A stretch of 62,243 bases of DNA, counting the filler, from Collodictyon triciliatum (taxonomy: Eukaryota), in NCBI GenBank assembly GCA_043381765.1. It is 5 parts of 5 records of this genome, joined end to end, with 100 filler letters (N's around TTAATTAATTAA, not from the genome) between each part and the next. Parts side by side here need not be neighbours in the genome. Positions count along the whole stretch, not along the records: positions 15,669 to 44,408 come from JBHJMP010000021.1; 4 more parts are not named here. One strand, written 5' to 3'. Below, in pieces: positions 26,753 through 37,898 of this stretch. How positions within the stretch are numbered: the first letter of the stretch is position 1; each line of letters begins with the position of its first letter. Both the position numbers and the translations under genes were made by a program. The notes beneath the pieces were generated by a model. It made no database searches and had not been told where the DNA came from. It was given only the letters and a program-made list of their open reading frames with translations.

Positions 26753-27893
26753 TTAGGCCGAGGGGCGTTGCCTGCGGACAGCGACACGTGGACCAGGCGC
26801 CAAAGATGTGGTGGTCAGAAACGGCGCCGAGCGGTTCGGTTCGGGTTGAGAAGGCAAGACGTAAGTCCGATGATTAGCAGGCATGTGATGAGGTGTGGGA
26901 AATGCAGTGCTGACAGGTTGACTCTGGGTGTGGCGCATGGGCTGGAAAGTATGAAAGGACAATGCCTGTCCAGAGCCAGCCAGCGCAGGCGGAAAATAGT
27001 CCACGTTGTCTGGGGCGTAGTACGCAGAGAGGGCCTCGGTCGGGGTCTCATGCAACTGTGGGAACCGAGGGATCGGGTCGTACGGGTAGCTGGAGACTGA
27101 GACTGGGAGAGGTAAGTGGTATGGCTGCCCGGGGGCGTGCAGCTGGCTCGGAATGCTGTCTGCATGTTGTCGTAGAGACACGAGCTCCTCCTTCATTTGT
27201 CGGATCAACCCGATGGACTCTGACAGTAACCTTAGCCGGTCGGATCGCACCTCTCCGTCCAAGTCCAGAGCGTCAGCCAGCTCCGTGAAGCGCTCCTGAA
27301 GTCGGGCCCGGCGATCCCGCTCCTTGATGATCTTTGCCTCGCGCTTGTCCTCCTTCATGACGCGTGTCNNNNNNNNNNNNNNNNNNNNNNNNNNNNNNNN
27401 NNNNNNNNNNNNNNNNNNNNNNNNNNNNNNNNNNNNNNNNNNNNNNNNNNNNNNNNNNNNNNNNNNNNNNNNNNNNNNNNNNNNNNNNNNNNNNNNNNNN
27501 NNNNNNNNNNNNNNNNNNNNNNNNNNNNNNNNNNNNNNNNNNNNNNNNNNNNNNNNNNNNNNNNNNNNNNNNNNNNNNNNNNNNNNNNNNNNNNNNNNNN
27601 NNNNNNNNNNNNNNNNNNNNNNNNNNNNNNNNNNNNNNNNNNNNNNNNNNNNNNNNNNNNNNNNNNNNNNNNNNNNNNNNNNNNNNNNNNNNNNNNNNNN
27701 NNNNNNNNNNNNNNNNNNNNNNNNNNNNNNNNNNNNNNNNNNNNNNNNNNNNNNNNNNNNNNNNNNNNNNNNNNNNNNNNNNNNNNNNNNNNNNNNNNNN
27801 NNNNNNNNNNNNNNNNNNNNNNNNNNNNNCTGGTGTGTAAAATGTGGTGTAGTCGTCGTGTTCAAAGAATCCCGCTTGTGCTTCGAAGGCCAT
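26753..27893 (-). CDS. bHLH transcription factor (interrupted by N gap 27369-27829)
   Basis: KIIKERDRRARLQERFTELADALDLDGEVRSDRLRLLSESIGLIRQMKEELVSL is a basic helix-loop-helix with a short zipper, followed by a Pro/Ser-rich tail. The start at 27893 (MAFEAQAGFFEHDDY) is inferred. Confidence 0.78.
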
Positions 27894-28799
27894 CCAATTC
27901 CTCGCCGAGCGGGCGTGTGTTGTTGCGTTGATCGGTCTCCCTGGTTGCGTGTCCTTGTCGGCCTCTTCTTCCTTGGTGGGCCCTCGGGTCTGTGTGAGTG
28001 TGATCGGGCTTCGGCTGGAGTCCTGCGTTGGTAGAGAAAGTGGGTGGCTTTGTTGGTGAGTAGCCCATATACTCGGCTGGTGGAGAATAGTCGCGTGCGG
28101 AGGGGGACTGTTCGCCCATCAGGGGTTTATGATAAGGCTGGTGGAGGGGTTGTCGTGTCCATGCTTCGGTTTGGTGTGTGCGGGATGTGTTTTAGGCCGT
28201 CCAGACACAAGCGCATTTCCCGTGCTTTTCTCATTTCCAATGGCTGAATCCTGGCTGAATGTGCCTTCGCGCGCTGGATTGTGGAGCAGGGCAACGTGTT
28301 TTTATATGCGGTTGGGCGCAATCGAATTTTCTTCGGTTTGAATTGGTGCTGTTCTTCTCCCAGAAATTTATCCATATATGTCTATATTTTCCCGCAAAAT
28401 TCAAACTAAGGCAAAGTGCACATGTGGTCACTATCCATATATGAATATTTGACGCTAAAGTACTAATTATAGCTATGTTTTGCCTGAACAAAAGTTGTGC
28501 CACGTCAGAGACAAGCATGAAAGGACGAAAAATAGGTTTCATTATTGACATCTATAAATGTATAATTATATAATTATATATAATATATTGAGATTTATTA
28601 TATAAATTATAGTCATTATTAATAAAATCCGCAATTAGAAAAAGATGTTCTGGAAGCTTCCGGCTGGCGGCGTATTGGAGGGTGGAGCAGCCCATACGAA
28701 AGATTAGCACGCTTGCACACCAACCAAAATGTTCAGTTTGGTTTATACGTGCCAAATCCCGACTGTGATTCACTTTGTGTTTGCTATGGACACCCGTGC

Positions 28800-29603
28800 T
28801 CACGGCTCGTGTCCCGTGCTCTTCATCTCCATCTCCTGTAACTCGAACCCGTTCAAGTCATTCTAGAAATGACCCTGAGGTATGGTCGACGACATCATGA
28901 GGAATTCTTTGGAGACTTGCCTCATATATGGAAAAGTTTCTATGTTTTGGGATGTATTCGACTCAGTAAAGTTGAGATAGCCGATGTTATAGAAGCATTG
29001 TCAGATAAAGTTGGGTAGAGGTGGTTAAGGTGTATAATAGATATTGCTTAGCAAGACAAATGGATCAAAATGATTTTATTTGTCAGATTCTTTTATTGTA
29101 AAAATGAACAGTTCATACTTCCGCAACAAATAGTTGTAAGAAATTATGATATATCCAAAGTGAAAAACAAAATATTTAAACAAGCTATCGATTTTGAAAT
29201 TTCCTTGTAATTGTATCGTGATAGGGGTTCACACTTACCACGAATGCGCATAATGTTCAATAGTGTGTAAGAATAATGAAGTCCAAGGAACTACAAAATT
29301 TATTGGCAGGTCGAATTAATATCCATAATGTTTATTTCCTTAAAACTTAATTTCTATAACATCTTAGCTTCAAAAAGAAAGATGAGACGATTTTTTTTTT
29401 TTTTTAATGAATAAAGGTCCTTTATCCTAATATATTAAAAAAAAAGTCGTCTCAAAGGGTACCATTTTAAAATAAACACTAAAATTACTTACAAATAGTA
29501 GAGAAATGATGAGGGATGACAGGATACAACCGTGACACTCATAATCATTCTTGATTATGTAACATGTACTGGCGCTCCACAAGCCAGCCATCAAAGCAGA
29601 TGT
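28800..29603 (-). CDS. Possible small multi-exon hypothetical membrane protein (3' part)
   Basis: Five short exons splice in frame: YVFTSALMAGLWSASTCYIIKNDYECH / VPWTSLFLHTIEHYAHS / CLFKYFVFHFGYIIISYNYLLR / KNFSIYE / NDLNGFELQEMEMKSTGHEP*. Donors are GTTGTA, GTAAGT, GTATGA and GCAAGT. No family recognised. Confidence 0.4.
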
Positions 29604-30824
29604 AAATACATACTTTATTCGTAAAGGATAAATAATATTCTTCTATATTAATACCAATAAATACAAGCTAATTCTGAACTATGTAAAAGCAAGAGAGAGA
29701 GAACTGTTTCTTCTCAAGTTAAAACTGCCTCTGTAACTCGTACAAGTTGAAAAATAAAAAAGAATTAAGAACAAAAAAAGCCGACTATATCACATCATAA
29801 TAATATTGAATTAAGCCGAGAATCAAATGTCTCCACAAAAGCAAAGAAAAGAAAAGAAAAGAAAAGAAAAGAAAAGAAAAGAAAAGAAAAGAAAAGAAAA
29901 GAAAAGAAAAGAAAAGAAAAGAAAAGAAAAGAAAAGAAANNNNNNNNNNNNNNNNNNNNNNNNNNNNNNNNNNNNNNNNNNNNNNNNNNNNNNNNNNNNN
30001 NNNNNNNNNNNNNNNNNNNNNNNNNNNNNNNNNNNNNNNNNNNNNNNNNNNNNNNNNNNNNNNNNNNNNNNNNNNNNNNNNNNNNNNNNNNNNNNNNNNN
30101 NNNNNNNNNNNNNNNNNNNNNNNNNNNNNNNNNNNNNNNNNNNNNNNNNNNNNNNNNNNNNNNNNNNNNNNNNNNNNNNNNNNNNNNNNNNNNNNNNNNN
30201 NNNNNNNNNNNNNNNNNNNNNNNNNNNNNNNNNNNNNNNNNNNNNNNNNNNNNNNNNNNNNNNNNNNNNNNNNNNNNNNNNNNNNNNNNNNNNNNNNNNN
30301 NNNNNNNNNNNNNNNNNNNNNNNNNNNNNNNNNNNNNNNNNNNNNNNNNNNNNNNNNNNNNNNNNNNNNNNNNNNNNNNNNNNNNNNNNNNNNNNNNNNN
30401 NNNNNNNNNNNNNNNNNNNNNNNNNNNNNNNNNNNNNNNNNNNNNNNNNNNNNNNNNNNNNNNNNNNNNNNNNNNNNNNNNNNNNNNNNNNNNNNNNNNN
30501 NNNNNNNNNNNNNNNNNNNNNNNNNNNNNNNNNNNNNNNNNNNNNNNNNNNNNNNNNNNNNNNNNNNNNNNNNNNNNNNNNNNNNNNNNNNNNNNNNNNN
30601 NNNNNNNNNNNNNNNNNNNNNNNNNNNNNNNNNNNNNNNNNNNNNNNNNNNNNNNNNNNNNNNNNNNNNNNNNNNNNNNNNNNNNNNNNNNNNNNNNNNN
30701 NNNNNNNNNNNNNNNNNNNNNNNNNNNNNNNNNNNNNNNNNNNNNNNNNNNNNNNNNNNNNNNNNNNNNNNNNNNNNNNNNNNNNNNNNNNNNNNNNNNN
30801 NNNNNNNAAAAACAAAAAAAAAAC

Positions 30825-30868
<44 letters not shown>

Positions 30869-31305
30869 AAAACAAAAACAAAACAAAAACAAAAAAAACC
30901 AAAAAACCAAAAAACCAAAAAACCAAAAAACCAAAAAACCAAAAAAACAAAAAAACAAAAACAAAAACAAAAACAAAAACAAAAACAAAAAAAACCAAAA
31001 AACCAAAAAAACAAAAACAAACGAATATTAATACTCTGCAGATTCTGTTCAGAGTCATGAGTACTTGGCGCCCAGCGAGTGAGTTGCTTAAACGAATGAC
31101 TCTTGGCAACCCAATATCAAACATTTGTCGAGGATTACTTGGGTTACTGACCTTTCTCACAACTTTTTTTGGACTGAAAGCATTGTAGTTTAGTTAGGGA
31201 CGAGAGTTGCAGTTAGGGGATGGGTATGCGGGACTGTGAATGGTTCAAAAACAGAAAAGAATAGGAAAATAAGCGAACAGAGTATAGAGGGGATCGACTC
31301 CAATA

Positions 31306-33345
31306 TCAAAGATTTGGAAGTGGGTTGACTGGAATACAAGTAAAGACACATTTTCCAATCAGGGTTTTAGTTTTCGATTGATCCTCTTCACGATGAATTT
31401 CGAAGCCGATTCCATTTTTGTGAGACTTCATATTCCAAGTCACGATTGATAATAAATCCCCTTCAAAGGACTAGGACACAAGGGAAAAACAGTAAGAAAG
31501 GGGGCGATGTAAGGGTAAATTTATCGCGTTGAATGGCATGTCATAACTCATTTATTATTTTTCGAAATGAGTAAAGGTGATGAGGAATGAAAACGATCCT
31601 CACACTGAAATTACTGACCTCTTTGTTGTACTCTATGTATATTTCTTTAGGGTGTCCTTCAGCGAGCGAAGTGAATGTACCGTATGCATTTTTGAGACAT
31701 GCATCACGAAGAGCCTCCTATGGTAGTAGGAAGTGCAATTTTTTCTTATTATCTCTGTTAGTTTGTTCGTGTAATTGATTCCTATATTTTTGAAAAAGTA
31801 TTCGTATGGGACCCAATGGGATGAAACAGCTGCGAGCGATATAAATTTATGGAAGGAGTAAAAAGGGATCTGTTTGCCTCGTAAATAGTGAGATATGCGT
31901 AATGATTGACATGTGAATTCATCTCCATATCACTATCTCGGACTAGTCTTCTGAAAATATGTGTACTCTCTGGAGTAATCTCATGAATCCTCACTACAGA
32001 GATAGAGAAGAGATGATAGAAAATGTAAAAAAGAAAAGAAAAGAAAAGAAAAGAAAGCTGATATGATAGAACTATAAATAAACCCGATTATATAAAGAAG
32101 GCAAATTTTGGTTCAAAAGACAAGATTATTTTGATTAATTATACATAACACATATACAAGATAAATCAAAACATATTTTCTTTTCATTAATAAAAGAATA
32201 TAAATACATCTTTGAATTGAACATAGCAATAAAAAAAAATAGAAAGAATAGAGCTACATACTTTGATTCATATCCTCCCCATGAAAGCTGGGGGTGAATG
32301 TAATACCTTCCGGAAATTTAATGGGGATGGGCCTTGTGGATTCATAGTCTGTGCAGACGTTTGTGACTATCGCCCTGGCTGAGGGCTTCATTATAATAAA
32401 AAGGGACACATATTATTTTCATCATAACTTATTTTAACAAACTAATGTACTACTGTGCCTAAATTATTCATGATTCTCATTCTCGTGTAAATATTTCAAC
32501 AGACTCCAAGAATCAGATACTAATTCAATGTGGATCAAAAACCTCAAGCGAACCATATACGTAAACCTCATGAGCAAAAGAAACACTGGAACGACCTACA
32601 GTTTTCAATTATTCAACAAAACATTATCTAACTGTATGGTCTTTTTTCTTTCGTGCTGTGGTACTTATTATGCCATTATCTCTACATCACAATGAGGATT
32701 TTATTATCACCCTTTGACCAAAACCAAGTGACAATCCTTAATTTTTTGTCAGAAGTTATTGGACTCAAGAACTGCGAATGACATATAGGAAAATGGTTTA
32801 TATGTTCCGTTCTCCTCATTCTCTTTCAGAATTTATGGGTTGTGAAAATATGATATCAGGATAGATGATCGCTAGTTATATTTAGTGTACAATCTAACTT
32901 ACGCGCAGATATTGAGAACGAACAACAAAGTTTCCATTTTCAAGAACTGTTTGTGTTTCGAGTGGTGATTCGGGATTTGGATGAGGCTTTTCCATCAAAG
33001 ACATCCGACCATATTGTAAATACCTATATTTATACCAGATTATGAAGAGTCTAATATCTAGATACCACTGTATGGGAGTGCAAACAATACTTTGTCTTTA
33101 TACGATAGTCAAGATTCAAACCAAAGCAAATGTTGCATCTATATCTAGATTCTGAAAAGAGAGAATATATTGAGGTATATAAAATAGAAAAGTGATATAG
33201 TAGAGGCCAAATATGTCTTCACAATCGGAAACCTCAAAAGCCATCCGTATCCTGGGGGCGTGTAGTTGCTTGCCTGGACAGTAGTTGGAGGATGTACAAG
33301 CACCTCACAGCGATCAGTGAGTAACTCAAGCTGAAAGTCGGCCAT
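31306..33345 (-). CDS. Double hot-dog acyl-ACP/acyl-CoA thioesterase-like protein, copy 1 (8 exons)
   Basis: Spliced product contains FVVRSQYLRFLSPI..KGRSSVSFAHEV, VRDSDMEMNSHVNHYAYL and EIYIEYNKESFEGDLLSIVTW, and ends PNL*. Confidence 0.8.
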
Positions 33346-34708
33346 AACGCCACGCTTTTTTTATTCGAAGGGGAATGAATGGTTTATTATGAACATAAAG
33401 AGTTAGCGATACGCACATATTCTTCTTTGCAACTACCGAACCGAACAGAAGTAGCCACACGGATCGATCATACACGAGAAAATGATATTGACTGAAGCTC
33501 CTGCAGCTCCTCAGCCACTAAGGAATCAGCGAGTGCCTTCAGCCCGCGGGAGTGTGGGAATAAAGTGAATGGCATGCAGATGCCTTCAAAGAATCGCCCG
33601 CAAACATCCGATTGTTTTTTTTTTTTTCTCTTTTTCTTTTCTTTCTATAAGTTTCCAGGTTTCAAAGCGCGTGTGGCTCGCTTGTTGTGGTTTCTTTGTG
33701 GCGTAAAATGTCTTCATCAAGATAAATGCCTCATTCGTCCCACAAAGGGTGTTGCAGGGTGATGGCAGCGGCTTTGATGAGGGAAACTGCGGTTTACGAG
33801 TTTGTATTTTGGTCAAAAAAAAAAAAAAACACTCGTTATCAATTAAGGCTGCCAAGAGATTTCAGACTTGATATCTATTATTGCTTCTATGAAATCTATG
33901 CCATCAAATGATTTGTATCAGAGGCAATCTTGCATATGTAAAATGGACAACCTCGTTCTTTCAACCTACACACGGGATGTGATTGAAATATTTTTTTTTC
34001 CCCTTTATTCGATTCAAAGTGCAGCGAGGTGGATGTGATTGAAATATAATGTGTTCATATTCATTACGATTAAATATATGGTTTACTGATGCATTTATTA
34101 CTATGTTTGGGGTGGTTTGATTGGGCAATATCTTCTCGGCTGAAGTTAGCCAACATCTCCACTATCTTGCGCAAAATTGAAAGGAAGAATTAAAAAAATA
34201 AAATAAACTCCGCTGGAGTTACAGGTGCTTATTTTGTGCTGTTGCAGCGTGTCGGTCAATGGATGCCCTCAAGGAAATATTCTCAGTCTAGGCCTGATGA
34301 AAGCAATATTGTGCTATTCATCAAATGTATTGTTGACAAGAACAAATTTCAGGGGAACCTTGAAGCCTTTACCTTTTCAAAAATCAATATCAACCGGCAA
34401 AGGCACATATTGCCCGCACAATACATGCATGTTTTAAGTATTGTCAAAATGATGGATGGTATCTTTTAAGAGGTAAAAGTGTTCGCTACATATTTTGAAG
34501 GATTAAAAGTGTGCGTAAGGGTCCTTTGGCTGGGTTGGAAATAAGTTTCCTATAACTTAACACATAGACATTTTCAAATCAACAAGAAGCAATAAATAAA
34601 CGCATACATAAAAAGAATTTTTAGCACTGCGGAAGGGACAGCAAATACATCAAAACGCAATTCTCTTTTATTTTCTCGACGCAAAAACAACGGATTTGCG
34701 ACAAGGGA

Positions 34709-36080
34709 TTATAGGCTAGAATCAGGGGAGTCAGAGTGAAAAGTCATTATGCACTTCCCTATTGGCTTGCGAGATTCTACGGGCTCTGCTTCTCGATGGA
34801 TTTCAAACCCAATAGCAGCCTTTCTACTATTCAATTTCCAAGTACTTATCGATAAACGGTCACCAACATAACACTGCGCAGAACAGCATGGCAGCCAATG
34901 GTATTTAGAAAAAAGAAAAAAGAAAAAAGAAAAAAGAAAAAAGAAAAAAGAAAAAAGAAAAAAAGAAAAAAGGAAAAAGAAAAAAGAAAAAANNNNNNNN
35001 NNNNNNNNNNNNNNNNNNNNNNNNNNNNNNNNNNNNNNNNNNNNNNNNNNNNNNNNNNNNNNNNNNNNNNNNNNNNNNNNNNNNNNNNNNNNNNNNNNNN
35101 NNNNNNNNNNNNNNNNNNNNNNNNNNNNNNNNNNNNNNNNNNNNNNNNNNNNNNNNNNNNNNNNNNNNNNNNNNNNNNNNNNNNNNNNNNNNNNNNNNNN
35201 NNNNNNNNNNNNNNNNNNNNNNNNNNNNNNNNNNNNNNNNNNNNNNNNNNNNNNNNNNNNNNNNNNNNNNNNNNNNNNNNNNNNAAAAAAAAAAAAAAGA
35301 AAAAAAAGAAAAAAAAGAAAAAAAAGAAAAAAGAAAAAAAGAAAAAAGAAAAAAAAAGAAAGAAGTAATGTTATTTATTTCTTGTGGGTATATAATTATA
35401 TATATTAGTTGTTCAAAAACATAAAATTAACAAAATTATCGAATATGAACAAAAAAAAAAAGAAGAAAAAAAGATCGACAAATACCTCTCGGTCATATTC
35501 GATGTAAATCTCCTTGGGCGATTCTCTTGCCACCGATGTAAATGAGCCATACCCATCTGCCTCGCATGCCTCATAGCGAGCATCCTATAGCTTTTTCCGT
35601 TATTTTCGTCACAGATTGCTCCTTCATCACGAGCTGTCAATTGCCTGCATCATATTACATATCCAATCTTAATTAATTCTTTATCTATGGAGCATTCTCA
35701 CCTCATAAAAATCAAGATACACAGACTGGTTAACGTGTCTGTTCATGTCCATGTCGCTCGCCCTAACTGTTGTCTGGAACACAAACGCACTTTCAGATGA
35801 GGTTTCATTGATCCTCACTAACCGAAGAAAGAAAAAACATCAGATATCATTTGCCCAGGGGTATGATTGGATACATATCATTCAATTACTACAGCTTCGG
35901 TCAATTTATTATTGTTGTTAAAATTAAAGACAACTTTGTAATGCGAAAAACCTTACTAGGGGGAGCTTCTTTTCCATGGAATGATGGTGTGAAAGATACG
36001 TGGTCTGGGAAACAAATAGGCGATGGTTTCATCGTTCCAAAATCAGTGCAAACAGCTGTAACCATGGCTCTAACTGAAGG
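34709..36080 (-). CDS. Thioesterase-like paralog, copy 2 (5'-partial, 4 visible exons)
   Basis: Exons PSVRAMVTAVCTD..FTPSFHG / VRASDMDMNRHVNQSVYLDFYE / DARYEACEADGYGSFTS..PKEIYIEYDRE / CYVGDRLSISTW..IGFEIHRE..SSL* align exon-for-exon with copy 1. Confidence 0.8.
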
Positions 36081-36203
36081 CTGAGTTTACGTGAAAAGTT
36101 AAAAATATAATCGGTGAAATGGATTTATATTTCATATTTTAATAAAGGCGCATGAAGGTTAAATTAATATGTACTCTAGATATGGAGACATAAAGACACA
36201 ACG

Positions 36204-37252
36204 ACAAAGAGACAAAGAGACAAAGAGACAAAGAGACAAAGAGACAAAGAGACAAANNNNNNNNNNNNNNNNNNNNNNNNNNNNNNNNNNNNNNNNNNNN
36301 NNNNNNNNNNNNNNNNNNNNNNNNNNNNNNNNNNNNNNNNNNNNNNNNNNNNNNNNNNNNNNNNNNNNNNNNNNNNNNNNNNNNNNNNNNNNNNNNNNNN
36401 NNNNNNNNNNNNNNNNNNNNNNNNNNNNNNNNNNNNNNNNNNNNNNNNNNNNNNNNNNNNNNNNNNNNNNNNNNNNNNNNNNNNNNNNNNNNNNNNNNNN
36501 NNNNNNNNNNNNNNNNNNNNNNNNNNNNNNNNNNNNNNNNNNNNNNNNNNNNNNNNNNNNNNNNNNNNNNNNNNNNNNNNNNNNNNNNNNNNNNNNNNNN
36601 NNNNNNNNNNNNNNNNNNNNNNNNNNNNNNNNNNNNNNNNNNNNNNNNNNNNNNNNNNNNNNNNNNNNNNNNNNNNNNNNNNNNNNNNNNNNNNNNNNNN
36701 NNNNNNNNNNNNNNNNNNNNNNNNNNNNNNNNNNNNNNNNNNNNNNNNNNNNNNNNNNNNNNNNNNNNNNNNNNNNNNNNNNNNNNNNNNNNNNNNNNNN
36801 NNNNNNNNNNNNNNNNNNNNNNNNNNNNNNNNNNNNNNNNNNNNNNNNGAATAAAAAATAATACAAGAAAAAGAAAAAGATATAGAAAAAGATAAAGATA
36901 AGGAAAAGGAAAAGGAAAAGAAAAGAAAAAAAGAAAAAAAGAAAAAGAAAAAAAGAAAAAAAGAAAAGAAGAAAAGAAAAGAAAAGAAAAGAAAAGAAAA
37001 GAAAAAAGGAAAAAAGAAAAGGAAAAAAGAAAAGGAAAAAAGAAAAGGAAAAAAGAAAAGGAAAAAGAAAAGGAAAAAAGAAAAGGAAAAAAGAAAAGGA
37101 AAAAAGAAAAGGAAAAAAGAAAAGGAAAAAAGAAAAGGAAAAAAGAAAAGAAAAAGAAAAGAAAAAGAAAAGAAAAAGAAAAAAAAAAGAAAAGAAAAAG
37201 AAAAGAAAAAGAAAAGAAAAAGAAAAGAAAAAGAAAAGGAAAAAAGAAAAGG

Positions 37253-37323
<71 letters not shown>

Positions 37324-37524
37324 AAAGAAAAAAAAAAGAAAAAGAAAAGAAAAAGAAAAGAAAAAGAAAAAGAAAAGAAAAGAAAANNNNNNNNNNNNNN
37401 NNNNNNNNNNNNNNNNNNNNNNNNNNNNNNNNNNNNNNNNNNNNNNNNNNNNNNNNNNNNNNNNNNNNNNNNNNNNNNNNNNNNNNTCTCTTTCTCTTTC
37501 TCTTTCTCTTTCTCTTTCTCTTTC

Positions 37525-37559
<35 letters not shown>

Positions 37560-37600
37560 TTCTCTTTCTTTCTCTTTCTTTCTCTTTCTTCTCCTTTTTC
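36204..37600. repeat. Complex purine/pyrimidine simple-repeat block with two N gaps
   Basis: (GACAAAGA)n, (GAAAA)n-type, poly-A and (TCTTTC)n tracts. Confidence 0.9.
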
Positions 37601-37898
37601 ATTCTTGCCTATCCAATCTCTTTTTCTTCTTATTCCTGATCCATCTAATTCTAAATATATTTTTTTTGTTTGTTTAAATGATTTACATTTATATTTGTAT
37701 ATATTTTATTTTAGTTTAACTTTTTTTTTGAGAATTTGTATATTTTGTCCTTCTTTTTAAATTGGTCGTATATCCTGCGTATTTTTTTTTTGTAATCATA
37801 TATATGCATATTCGCTGAAGAACAATATTTATTGTAATTATTTTGAGAAAATTGCTATTTACCTTTATTTTTTCTTCTTCCTTTCCACCTATTTATAG

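Noticed and set aside
33480-34470. Possible plus-strand gene between the thioesterase copies (ISDLISIIASMKSMPSNDLYQ, ARM-like)
   Set aside because: Fragments look weakly coding but could not be joined unambiguously.
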